A stretch of DNA of 64,000 nucleotides from Desulfobacterales bacterium. GTDB lineage: Bacteria; Desulfobacterota; Desulfobacteria; Desulfobacterales; UBA2174. Positions 18,237 to 27,435 of this stretch are shown here, one piece after another. The notes beneath the pieces are model-generated. The model ran no database searches. It saw only the letters and a program-made list of their open reading frames with translations, and was not told where the DNA came from. Numbering within the stretch: the stretch's first letter is position 1; the number at the start of each line of letters is the position of its first letter. Location of the stretch: positions 1,280,001 through 1,344,000 of the forward strand of contig CAXXWC010000021.1 of assembly GCA_963668645.2 (NCBI GenBank). The letters are read 5' to 3'. A program made the translations under genes and the position numbers.

Positions 18237-19652
18237 ATGAAACGGACGGTCAAATGGCTGTTGACGGCTCTGATCCTTTTGGCTGGCGCGGGTATCGCCG
18301 GGGCCGGGTGGTACATCTGGCGGGCCGTGCCCGTCGCCACCGGCTATACGGCCAAGTACGTCTGTTCGGCCGTATTCGTCTCCGGCCGCGACCCCCGGGA
18401 GGTGTTCGATCGGGACGTGGCGCCGGTCAATGTCCTTGCCAGGGCGATCGACGTGGCGGTGGACCGCGATGCCCGCACCGTAACGGCTCGTAGCCTGGGC
18501 CTTTTTCGTTCCACGGCGGTCTACCGGGAAGGGTGCGGCTGTACCCTGACAGCCGGCGGGGTCTCGGCGGCCGATCTGCTGGCCCGGCCCGTACCGCCTC
18601 CCCCCCCTTTCAGACTCCCGGCGGACCTGGCTTGGCCCAGAGGAAGCGCCGGCCCGGTCGACCCGCTGCCGGCAGGGATCGACGGCGGCAAACTGAACCT
18701 GGCTCTGGAACGGGCCTTTGCCGATCCATCGATCCAGACCCGCGCCGTGGTGGTGGCCTACGACGGAAACCTCATTGCGGAGCGCTACGCCCCCGGGTTC
18801 CACAAGGATATGCCCCTGGGAGGCTGGTCCATGACCAAGAGCGTCACCAATGCCCTGGTGGGAATCCTGGCGGGCCGCAAACGGTTCGATCTTCAGGCCC
18901 CGGCGCCGGTTCCCGCCTGGCGCTCCCCGGACGATCCACGCCGCGCCATCACCCTGGACCAGTTACTGCGCATGACCGGCGGGCTGGCCTTCGAGGAGCG
19001 CTACGCCCCCCTGGCCGATGCCACCGACATGCTTTACGGCAGCGCCGATTTCGGCGCCTACGCGGCCGCCAAGCCTTTGATCCATCCGCCCGGCGCCCAC
19101 TGGTCCTACTCCACCGGCACCACCAACATCGTCTGCGGCATCCTGAGGCGGACCGCCGGCGATGATCCCAGTGCCCATCTGACCTTTGCCAGACGCGAGC
19201 TTTTTGCCAAACTCGGAATGCGCTCGGCGCTGATCGAGCCGGACCCCTCGGGCACCATCGTGGGCTCCTCCTACATGCTGGCCACGGCACGGGATTGGGC
19301 ACGTTTCGGCCAGCTCTATCTTGACGACGGCGTCTGGAACGGAGAACGGATTCTGCCGCCTGGCTGGGTGGCTTACACCACCACCCCCACTGCTGCGGCC
19401 CCGGACGGACGCTACGGCGCCCATTTCTGGCTCAACAGCGGCCCACCGGGCCGCCCCCAAGCGCGGCGCTGGCCGGAGCTGCCGGCCGATCTCTTCCTGG
19501 CCCAGGGGTTTCAGTGCCAGCGGGTCATCATAATTCCTTCGCGGCGGCTGGTGGCAGTACGCCTCGGACTGACGGTCAAGAAGGCCGACTTCAGCCTTCC
19601 CGCCTTCCTGCTCCCGATCCTGGAAGCCCTGCCGCCGCCGGTGCGCTCATAG
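18237..19652 (+). CDS. membrane-anchored serine hydrolase, beta-lactamase class C-like family
   Basis: N-terminal TM; WSMTKS (SxxK), LLRMTGGL, WSYSTG, ARDWARFGQLYL. Confidence 0.9.
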   Translation: MKRTVKWLLTALILLAGAGIAGAGWYIWRAVPVATGYTAKYVCSAVFVSGRDPREVFDRDVAPVNVLARAIDVAVDRDARTVTARSLGLFRSTAVYREGCGCTLTAGGVSAADLLARPVPPPPPFRLPADLAWPRGSAGPVDPLPAGIDGGKLNLALERAFADPSIQTRAVVVAYDGNLIAERYAPGFHKDMPLGGWSMTKSVTNALVGILAGRKRFDLQAPAPVPAWRSPDDPRRAITLDQLLRMTGGLAFEERYAPLADATDMLYGSADFGAYAAAKPLIHPPGAHWSYSTGTTNIVCGILRRTAGDDPSAHLTFARRELFAKLGMRSALIEPDPSGTIVGSSYMLATARDWARFGQLYLDDGVWNGERILPPGWVAYTTTPTAAAPDGRYGAHFWLNSGPPGRPQARRWPELPADLFLAQGFQCQRVIIIPSRRLVAVRLGLTVKKADFSLPAFLLPILEALPPPVRS

Positions 19653-19804
19653 GTCATCTCCGGCGGCAGCACCGGGACTGGACATCGGCGGCACCGCACT
19701 TATGTTGAAACGGTAAGCGACCCGTATGAGGCGGGCACGCCAACATTCAGAACTGCCAGCGCCGCCGGCCGCAAGGGGCCGGCGCCGCAACGGAGGATAG
19801 AGCC

Positions 19805-19960
19805 ATGACGGACAACGATCGAATCCAAACGGCGACCCACACCGGACAAACCGTGATGCAAGACCCCTATGAGTGCTACGAAGACGACGAGAGTGCCTGT
19901 GCTGCGGTGGACGACGAAAGCAGTGCCGGGTGCGACTGTTGCTGCTGTTGCTGTTGCTGA
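19805..19960 (+). CDS. uncalled 51-aa acidic peptide with a C-terminal poly-cysteine tract
   Basis: GGAGGA RBS 7 nt before ATG; MTDNDRIQTATHTGQTVMQDPYECYEDDESACAAVDDESSAGCDCCCCCCC*; terminator just downstream. Too short for the ORF track. Confidence 0.75.
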   Translation: MTDNDRIQTATHTGQTVMQDPYECYEDDESACAAVDDESSAGCDCCCCCCC

Positions 19961-19982
19961 AGCGCGGCAGAGCGACTATATT

Positions 19983-20017
19983 AAACGGCCGGGAGCGATC
20001 CCGGCCGTTTTGTTTTT
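19983..20017 (+). terminator. intrinsic terminator after the poly-Cys peptide
   Basis: Perfect 12-bp stem AAACGGCCGGGA/TCCCGGCCGTTT, GCGA tetraloop, then TGTTTTT. Confidence 0.85.
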
Positions 20018-20043
20018 CACTGACATACCCCTGGTAGCGAACC

Positions 20044-21003
20044 ATGAATCCTTCTTCATCCGATCGTCAATGCCCCGGCCGTGGCGAACCGGTCAAAGCG
20101 ACCTGGAAGATCTGCCCGGCCTGCGAGCGGCCCCTGGCCGAGGCCCGATGCCCCCTGTGTACCGCGGAGGTCCAGCGCCACTGGAAGCGCTGCCCGGAAT
20201 GCGAGGCCCTGCTCCTTTGCCCGGTCTGCGGTCGGCGCCTGGCCCAGGGACAAAGCACCTGCCCGGCCTGCTCACCACCGGCACCGGCTACGGCCGGGCC
20301 CTATGTCGAGCCCGCCACCGGAATGCTTTTCGTGCCGGTTGCAGGCGGTGGCTTTGCCATGGGGGACGCCACCGGCGAAGGGTTGGAGAACGAAGCTCCG
20401 GTGCACCCGGTACGCCTAAGCACTTTTTCTATCGCCCGTTTTCCCGTCACCCAGGGACAATGGCGGCGGCTGATGCCGGAAAATCCGTCGCGCCACGAAG
20501 ACCCCGACCGGCCGGTGGAACAGGTAACTTTTACCAATGCCCAAGCCTTTATCAAGCGGCTCAACCAGACCGCCGCCGGACGGCGCTTCGATCTGCCCAC
20601 TGAGGCCCAGTGGGAGTACGCGGCCCGCAGCGGCGGGCGCCGTGAAACTTGGGCCGGGGGCGAAGATCCTGACCGTGTTGCCTGGACCGAAAACAACAGC
20701 CGGGGCGCCAGTCAGCCGGTAGGCCGCCTGGCATCCAACGGGCTCGGGATTTATGACATGAGCGGCAACGTCTGGGAGTGGTGCCGGGATGCCTTCAGAC
20801 CCGATGCCTACCGTCTGCACCTTGCCGAGGACCCGGTGGTCGAAGCCTCGGGCCACGACCGCATCGATCGGGTGATCCGAGGCGGAAGCTGGAATCTCGA
20901 TACCTGGAGTGCGCGCTGCACCCGTCGCTTCAGCTTCCCGGAGGATTTCGGAGGACCGGCCCTCGGTTTTCGTCTGGTGATGATTTCCACGGCCCTGGAA
21001 TAG
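20044..21003 (+). CDS. zinc-ribbon + formylglycine-generating-enzyme (SUMF1/FGE) fold protein
   Basis: N-terminal CxxC repeats; GGFAMG, E.PVHPV, LPTEAQWEYAAR, GIYDMSGNVWEWC, RGGSW, GFRL. Confidence 0.9.
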   Translation: MNPSSSDRQCPGRGEPVKATWKICPACERPLAEARCPLCTAEVQRHWKRCPECEALLLCPVCGRRLAQGQSTCPACSPPAPATAGPYVEPATGMLFVPVAGGGFAMGDATGEGLENEAPVHPVRLSTFSIARFPVTQGQWRRLMPENPSRHEDPDRPVEQVTFTNAQAFIKRLNQTAAGRRFDLPTEAQWEYAARSGGRRETWAGGEDPDRVAWTENNSRGASQPVGRLASNGLGIYDMSGNVWEWCRDAFRPDAYRLHLAEDPVVEASGHDRIDRVIRGGSWNLDTWSARCTRRFSFPEDFGGPALGFRLVMISTALE

Positions 21004-21098
21004 ACAGCGCCTTTAAAAAGCCTGCGCCGCCAGTTCCGGCACATCACGGGATTTTCGGCCGGCAATGATCTGTACGCGATAAGAGAAAAGGAGACCTG

Positions 21099-21926
21099 AT
21101 GACGCCGTTACTTCAAGTCGATACTCAAAAATGCCACCGCGATGGGGCCTGTCTGGCCGAATGCCCGGCCGGCATCATCCGCTTCAACCGCGAGACCGGA
21201 TTTCCCGAACCGGTTGCCGGCACCGAGGCCTTTTGCATCGGCTGCGGTCACTGCGTGACGGTCTGCCCCCATGGGGCGCTCAGCCATGTCCGCATCAGCC
21301 CCGAGGACTGTATCGCGCTGGATGAAACCCTGGCCCTCACGCCGGCACAGGCCGAACAATTCCTGCACGCCCGGCGCTCGGTGCGTGCCTTTCGCAAGGC
21401 TCCCGTAGAAAAGGAACTGATCGCCCGCCTGATCGATACAGCCCGCTTTGCCCCCTCGGGCCACAACCTGCAGCCCGTGCACTGGCTGGTGATCCACGAC
21501 AGCAACGCAGTTGCCGCCATGGCCGGCCAAGTGGTGGACTGGATGCGCCACATGATTGGCGAAAAACATCCCCTGAGCACCCTCCTGCACATGGACCGGA
21601 CCGTGGCGGCCCATGAGAAGGGGCGCGATCCGATTCTGCGCGGCGCCCCCCACCTGGTGGTGGCCCATGCCGTCAAGGCGGACCGCACAGCGCCGGCGGC
21701 CTGCACCATCGCCCTTGCCTACCTGGAGCTGGCCGCCTTTGCCCACGGCCTGGGAGGTTGCTGGGCCGGCTACTTCAACACCGCCGCCGGACTCTGGCCG
21801 CCGCTGCAGGCCGACCTGGCCCTGCCGGCCGATCACGCTCCCTTCGGTGCCATGATGATCGGCCGACCTCGGTTCGCCTATCACCAAATCCCGCCGCGCA
21901 AGCCGGCGGACGTGACCTGGATTTAA
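21099..21926 (+). CDS. nitroreductase with N-terminal 2[4Fe-4S] ferredoxin domain
   Basis: CHRDGACLAECP, CIGCGHCVTVCP, RRSVRAF, APSGHNLQP, GLGGCWAG. Confidence 0.92.
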   Translation: MTPLLQVDTQKCHRDGACLAECPAGIIRFNRETGFPEPVAGTEAFCIGCGHCVTVCPHGALSHVRISPEDCIALDETLALTPAQAEQFLHARRSVRAFRKAPVEKELIARLIDTARFAPSGHNLQPVHWLVIHDSNAVAAMAGQVVDWMRHMIGEKHPLSTLLHMDRTVAAHEKGRDPILRGAPHLVVAHAVKADRTAPAACTIALAYLELAAFAHGLGGCWAGYFNTAAGLWPPLQADLALPADHAPFGAMMIGRPRFAYHQIPPRKPADVTWI

Positions 21927-22059
21927 AACCATCCGGCAGATTCCAGTACCGGCGGCCCTTTGGATTTTATCGGCCGTCAGAAAAAAAACATTTTGAACAT
22001 ATACTCATGGCTGCTATGGTAAGCCGCAAAATCCCCTAACCCGCTACAGGAGGTCGAAG

Positions 22060-22425
22060 ATGGAAAAGATTCTGATCGTCGGATGCAAGAAGGCCATGGA
22101 CGACGTGTGTATCGGCTGCTCGCGCTGCCTGGTAGGGCTCAACCGCCGCGAGGGGGAATTCGCCCGTTACAAAGACAAGGAGGCCCAGGTCATGGGGCTG
22201 CTCAACTGCGGTGACTGCCCCGGAGCGACCATCGTCACGCGCCTGGCCCAGGTCAGCCTCTGGAACAAGCCGATGAACGAAAAACCCACCGCGGTTCACA
22301 TCGGCCCGTGCATCACCGATCATTGCCCCCACAAAGAGATCATCATCGCCAAGATCAAGGCCAAGGCCGGAGTCCCGGTGATCGAGGGAACCCATCCCTA
22401 CAAACCGGACAACATCTTCGCCTGA
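22060..22425 (+). CDS. CGGC-domain metal-binding protein
   Basis: Pattern C..CIGCSRC..GEFARY..CGDCPG..VHIGPC..CPH..GTH; AGGAGG RBS. Confidence 0.8.
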   Translation: MEKILIVGCKKAMDDVCIGCSRCLVGLNRREGEFARYKDKEAQVMGLLNCGDCPGATIVTRLAQVSLWNKPMNEKPTAVHIGPCITDHCPHKEIIIAKIKAKAGVPVIEGTHPYKPDNIFA

Positions 22426-22653
22426 CACCCGAGGAGATACCCGATGCCGGCCTACACCTCCGAGCAGGCCCTCAACGGCTTGAGGGACCTTTCGACCATG
22501 CAAAAAAAAGCCGTCTCCGCATTACAGTGCCTTGCCTTGTAAACACAGTGTGCGATATCTACTGTGGCGCTTGGAGACAGACCGGCACGGTCCGGCCTCC
22601 CTTTGGAACACTCTGAACTTATGAAAAAAGCGCAAAAATTGCTTTAGGCTGCC

Positions 22654-24879
22654 ATGATCCCTCAAACCATCGTTTTTCATTCAGCCGGCTCATTGGCAGT
22701 GGCTGTTTTGGCCCTGATCATGGCCCTGATGCAACTGCTGCTGCTCCAACGGCAGCCCCGTCTGCGCTGGTGCGCTTGGGGGGCGGCCATATCGATCTCG
22801 GGAATGCTCTATGCCCTGGGTATTTTTTTAGAGTACAACCTTCCCGCCGGCGTATTCAACAGGCGGGCCGGTCTGCTGGAATTTACCGCCATCATCCTGA
22901 TGATCCACTGCGTTTATGGATTTTCTTGCGCCTATCTCGAACCGGCCCCAAAAAGTTGCCACATCCCGGCTGCCATCTTTCACGCCCTGGTGCTCCTGGT
23001 CTTGTGGAGCACGAACGCCATCGTGGCCGACCGGTTTATCCACCGGGATCTGATCGGATTGCCCATCCCCTTTACCGAAGCTGAAGTCGGACCGCTGGGT
23101 CCAACCTTCATGGTTTACGGTTTTTTGGCCAGTCTGTTCCTTATCCGTTTGTGGGTCCGGCAACCGCCGCCGGACGCCGCCCACCGTAAAGTCTTCATTA
23201 CCGGCATGGTTTTCTGGCTGCTGCTGGCAGGGCATGACGGGGCGGTGATTGCGGGTTTGTGCCATACGCCGTATCTCATGGAATACGGGTTCATGGCCTT
23301 TTGCGTCGCCGTTTTATGGGTCGTGTTCAACGGGTATGCCGAAATCGCGACGATAGACGAATACCGGACGATCACCGAATTGATCCACGACGGAATCTTG
23401 ATGATGCAGGACGGCCGGGCCGTCTTTGCCAACCCGGCCTGTGAGCGGCTGATGGGCAGAGCGGTAAAAAACCGGCCCATCAGCGATCTGTTAGATGCCT
23501 TGGGATCCGGCGACCGGGAGAACTTGCAGCGTTATTACGACGATATCCTCGCCGGCCAAGCCCCTCCGGCACCCCAGACCATCGAGACCATCGGCGACCA
23601 TCAACCGAAACGGGTGGTGGAAATCCAGGCCAAACGCGTCCTTTTCCGTCAAAGGCCGGCCATTTTAGCCGTGGTGCGCGACATCACCCAGCGAATCCGG
23701 GAAGAGGCCGCGCTCAAGGCCAATGAAGAAAAAATCACCCGTTTGAAAAAGATGGAGTCGCTGGGACTGCTGGCAGGCGGGGTGGCCCACGACCTGAACA
23801 ATGTGCTTTCCGGCATCGTCAGCTATCCGGAGTTGATGCTGCTTGATCTGCCCGAAGGGAGCCGCCTGAGAAAGCCCATCGAAACCATTCACGAATCCGG
23901 CCAGCGGGCTGTTGCCATCGTCCAGGATCTGCTTACCGTGGCCCGGGGGGTGGCCACTGCCAAGGAAGTCTTGAATCTCAACGAGGTGATTACGGCCTAC
24001 CTGAGTTCTCCGGAGTTCGACAAACTGATGCAGTTCCATCCATGGGTTGCCATCCGGCACCAACTGGACCCGAACCTGTTGAATATCAGGGGTTCGGTTT
24101 TTCATGTGCGCAAAACCGTAATGAACCTGGTATCCAATGCCGCCGAAGCGATTTGCAAGCAGGGTGAAGTGCGAATCTCGACGTTCAATTGCTATGTAGA
24201 TCGGCCTCTGAAAGGCTATGATGAAATCCAGCCGGGCGAATACGCTGTTTTGAGGGTCGAGGACAGCGGTCCGGGCATATCGGCCGAAGACTTGCAGCGC
24301 ATCTTCGAACCCTTCTTCACCAAGAAAGTCATGGGCCGCAGCGGTACCGGACTGGGTCTGGCCCTGGTATGGAACGTCATCCAGGATCAGCAAGGGCATA
24401 TCGATGTGACCAGCACAGACGCCGGCAGCCGTTTCGATCTCTATTTCCCCATCACCAGGGATGCACGCGAGTGTTCCAAGAATGAGATCCCCATAGAAAA
24501 TCTGCGAGGCAGCGGCCAGGCGATCCTGATCATCGACGATGTTGCAGCCCAGCGGGAAATCTCGGGGCGCATGCTGGAAACACTCGGCTACCGCACGCAG
24601 GCCGTATCCAGTGGAGAAGCGGCCGTGGCCTACATGCAAAATCACAAAGCGGATCTGCTTTTGTTGGACATGATCATGGACCCGGGCATCGACGGCCGGG
24701 AAACTTTCAGGCGCATCAAGGCGTTGTATCCAGAACAAAAGGCCGTCATTGTGAGCGGATTTGCCCAGACGGACCAGGTTACCGAGACTTTGGCCATGGG
24801 CGCCGGCCGGTTTTTAAAAAAGCCGTTGATCCTGGAAGAACTGGGGGCGGCGGTTAAAGCGGTTCTGGAAGCCGAATAG
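22654..24879 (+). CDS. hybrid sensor kinase (multi-TM N-terminus, PAS, HisKA, HATPase, receiver)
   Basis: About 7 TM segments; FANPA..RDIT PAS; LAGGVAHDLNN; NLVSNA, DSGPGI, FEPFFT, GTGLGL; IIDD..LLDMIM..KP. Confidence 0.93.
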   Translation: MIPQTIVFHSAGSLAVAVLALIMALMQLLLLQRQPRLRWCAWGAAISISGMLYALGIFLEYNLPAGVFNRRAGLLEFTAIILMIHCVYGFSCAYLEPAPKSCHIPAAIFHALVLLVLWSTNAIVADRFIHRDLIGLPIPFTEAEVGPLGPTFMVYGFLASLFLIRLWVRQPPPDAAHRKVFITGMVFWLLLAGHDGAVIAGLCHTPYLMEYGFMAFCVAVLWVVFNGYAEIATIDEYRTITELIHDGILMMQDGRAVFANPACERLMGRAVKNRPISDLLDALGSGDRENLQRYYDDILAGQAPPAPQTIETIGDHQPKRVVEIQAKRVLFRQRPAILAVVRDITQRIREEAALKANEEKITRLKKMESLGLLAGGVAHDLNNVLSGIVSYPELMLLDLPEGSRLRKPIETIHESGQRAVAIVQDLLTVARGVATAKEVLNLNEVITAYLSSPEFDKLMQFHPWVAIRHQLDPNLLNIRGSVFHVRKTVMNLVSNAAEAICKQGEVRISTFNCYVDRPLKGYDEIQPGEYAVLRVEDSGPGISAEDLQRIFEPFFTKKVMGRSGTGLGLALVWNVIQDQQGHIDVTSTDAGSRFDLYFPITRDARECSKNEIPIENLRGSGQAILIIDDVAAQREISGRMLETLGYRTQAVSSGEAAVAYMQNHKADLLLLDMIMDPGIDGRETFRRIKALYPEQKAVIVSGFAQTDQVTETLAMGAGRFLKKPLILEELGAAVKAVLEAE

Positions 24880-24898
24880 CAATGTCCGCTGCAGACGG

Positions 24899-25645
24899 CT
24901 ATCGCCTGGAGACGATCGCCACCGGTTGTACCCACCCGTTGCGTAGACCGTCGTAAAACCAGCGGTCTGGAAAGCCGCGCCGCTGGATGAAGGTCGGGCT
25001 CTCAGCCCATGCGAGAAGCTCCTCGTAGGCGGTCCGCAGGCGGCGGAAACTGGCGCCATCCCCCCCCAAATCCGGATGGCAGCGGTGGGCCTGGCGCCTG
25101 AACGCGCGTTTGATGAGCCCCTCCAGATCCGGTCCATCGAGACTCTGCCGATCGATGGCAAGCTGAATAAGCAGATCCTGGCGCACAGCGGCCCGGCGAA
25201 GGGTCGGGGCGACGACATTGCCGCGGGCGGTATTCTTTTGCATAGCACCGGCCAGGACGAGACGGCTGGCAAGGTAGCGCTTGCGGGTGCGGCGCTGTTC
25301 GTCCCACCACAAGCGCCCCAGATGATCGGCCATGCACCCGAAATCCTCGGCCGGCACCTGCCCGGGGCGCCGGGGAAAGATGAAGCTGTACACCACAGGG
25401 TTGAGGCCTACCACAACATCCATCACCACCAGCCGGGCCGTGAAGTGGAAGGTGGCGTAACGGGCGTTGATGGCCTGAAGAAGGCCGGTGCGCTGCTCCA
25501 GGCGCCGGTGCAGCCGCTGGCGGCAAGCCGGCGAGCAGTACTTGCGCCGGCTCATGTTCTCGGTGGTACCGCAGGACAGACAGGCCCGCACCTTGGGAAT
25601 CGGCTGCTGGACCGGGTACTTCGGACTATCTTCACATGCGATCAT
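24899..25645 (-). CDS. J-domain (DnaJ-like) protein with N-terminal zinc finger
   Basis: CLSCG..KYCSPAC; IKRAFRRQAHRCHPDLGGD..FRRLRTAYEEL with intact HPD. Start uncertain. Confidence 0.8.
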   Translation of the reverse strand: MIACEDSPKYPVQQPIPKVRACLSCGTTENMSRRKYCSPACRQRLHRRLEQRTGLLQAINARYATFHFTARLVVMDVVVGLNPVVYSFIFPRRPGQVPAEDFGCMADHLGRLWWDEQRRTRKRYLASRLVLAGAMQKNTARGNVVAPTLRRAAVRQDLLIQLAIDRQSLDGPDLEGLIKRAFRRQAHRCHPDLGGDGASFRRLRTAYEELLAWAESPTFIQRRGFPDRWFYDGLRNGWVQPVAIVSRR

Positions 25646-25846
25646 GGAGGCCATGATAGCAGGATTCGGCCCTGGTGTTAACCGTCTTCCTCCGCGAAGC
25701 AAAAAATCCCGAAACTGGCCTGCGGGCCATTTTCGGGATCCTCTACGCAATGAAATAAAAGCGGCTCTGGGAACTCGCTCTTTGCGTACTTTATAAACAC
25801 AGCGGCATCGGACAACTGGACGTTGCGGGTGCCCTGTTCATTTGAC

Positions 25847-27355
25847 TCAGCGTCCGGAAATCAGAACCTGGAGGATGGAGATCGCGTCTTCGAGCCCGAT
25901 CTGCCCGTTTCCTGAAAAATCGCCGGCGATCCCGCTGAAAGGGACCTCATCGCCTAACAGGGAAAAAAACAGCTCTCCCGCGTCAAAAAACGAATGGGTC
26001 CCGAGATGCATGTCTCCAAACACCGCGGCGCCTTTAAAACCTCCTGCGACCGCAAGTTGCTGCCCATGCCAAACCACGCTTCTGCCCATATCGTTGTCCG
26101 CACCGCCTCCGCCAAGGGCCGAAATAATCTCTCCCGATGGCGAGAAAAAAGCCACCAGGGCATCCGTCCCTCCCCTGGAGACCAACGCTTCACCGTTTAA
26201 ATCAACGGTATCGGAGAACTCACCGCTAACGGCAATCCTGCCCAGGGGATGCACACCGATTCCCCTGGCGGAATCCTGTCCCGGGCCGCCAAAACCGGTC
26301 ACCCATGACACGTTTCCGGATACATCGTAGCGAGCGACAAAGGCGTCACGGTCTCCGGCACTCGAGACCTGACCGGTGCCGAAAATCGCGGTATCGGCAA
26401 ACTGCCCGACCACGACGACTCCCCCTGAGTTGTCGGCGGCCAGCCCATTGGCCAGATCGTCACCAGTACCGCCGGCCCTGCCGGCCCATTGAACCGTCCC
26501 GTCGGCGTTGTAACGGACCAAAAACATATCGGCCGCCCCGGCGCTTGAAAGCTGGAAGGCCCCGAATTGGACCGTATTGTAGAAATTCCCGGCCACCGTC
26601 AGCGCCCCATCTGCATCAACGATCATTGCCCAAATTTGCGCCTCCAGACCGTCCCCCGTCTGAACCCACTGGATCGTGCCTGCGGCGTTGTACTTGGCCA
26701 CAAAGGGAGTGAAACCGCCGCCTCCCACAGCGTCGATAGATCCGAAAGAAGCACTGGTACCGAAAAACCACCCGGCGATGTAAACGTTGCCCGAGCCGTC
26801 CACGGCGACACTGCGGGTGCGGACCTCCTGCAGGTCGGAACTCGCCTCCTGGTGCCAGGCCAGGTTGCCTTGGTCATCATACTTGGCCACGAATACAAAG
26901 GTCCCGGTTCCGGATAATGCGGCTGCCCCGCTGCTGTCCGCATCGATGTAGGCCGCTCCGGTCGACTCTCCGGTGACGTAACTGTTGCCGGCTTGGTCCA
27001 CCGCCACGCCGAAGACCTGCTGGACCCCATCCGATTCCCCGGCACCGCGGATCTGTCGTATCCATCGGCTGCCAGCCGACGCGTCCGTGCGCATCAAAAA
27101 GGCGTCCGACGGGCCTTGCGCTACCACCGATGTACCGCCGAAGATGCTCTCGCCGGAGTAATAACCGCCCATGATAAAATCGCCTGAAGATTCGTGCACC
27201 GCCATGGCCTTGACGACGAAATTGGCAGTACTCACAGACTGGTAAGTACGCAGAAACCCGGTCTCTGCATCGACCACCGCCGGCGCCACCGTCAACCAGA
27301 AGAGCAGAAAAAAACACAGGCCGGATAAAACCGATTTGTGCATGGTATCACTCAT
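25847..27355 (-). CDS. secreted beta-propeller protein (SBBP-like repeats) with C-terminal dockerin/EF-hand-like tail
   Basis: Signal peptide; about seven repeats of VAVD.SGNVY.AG.F...D.FVAKY...G..QW; tail GDFSGNGQIGLEDAISILQVL; GGAGG RBS. Confidence 0.85.
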   Translation of the reverse strand: MSDTMHKSVLSGLCFFLLFWLTVAPAVVDAETGFLRTYQSVSTANFVVKAMAVHESSGDFIMGGYYSGESIFGGTSVVAQGPSDAFLMRTDASAGSRWIRQIRGAGESDGVQQVFGVAVDQAGNSYVTGESTGAAYIDADSSGAAALSGTGTFVFVAKYDDQGNLAWHQEASSDLQEVRTRSVAVDGSGNVYIAGWFFGTSASFGSIDAVGGGGFTPFVAKYNAAGTIQWVQTGDGLEAQIWAMIVDADGALTVAGNFYNTVQFGAFQLSSAGAADMFLVRYNADGTVQWAGRAGGTGDDLANGLAADNSGGVVVVGQFADTAIFGTGQVSSAGDRDAFVARYDVSGNVSWVTGFGGPGQDSARGIGVHPLGRIAVSGEFSDTVDLNGEALVSRGGTDALVAFFSPSGEIISALGGGGADNDMGRSVVWHGQQLAVAGGFKGAAVFGDMHLGTHSFFDAGELFFSLLGDEVPFSGIAGDFSGNGQIGLEDAISILQVLISGR

Positions 27356-27435
27356 ATACCCCTCCGAACGGATTCGGAATTAAGGGTCTCTGACAAGTAA
27401 ACGGGCCGCTGTCTATCGGAAAATCATCCGTCGTT

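Noticed and set aside
19958..19984. Selenocysteine read-through of the peptide's TGA (would add U-SAAERLY)
   Set aside because: The downstream hairpin has a U-tract and is better explained as a terminator; no convincing SECIS. Only homologue alignment could revive this.
19869..20603. 244-aa ORF overlapping the peptide and the FGE gene
   Set aside because: Crosses a strong terminator, lacks an RBS and motifs, and overlaps two better-supported frames.
20860..21003. FGE/C-type-lectin-fold C-terminus as a diversity-generating retroelement target
   Set aside because: No template repeat and no reverse transcriptase seen in the window.
19805..21926. Complete thiazole or ranthipeptide RiPP cluster around the poly-Cys peptide
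   Set aside because: No YcaO, radical SAM or lanthipeptide enzyme in the window; the nitroreductase is the common ferredoxin-fused type.
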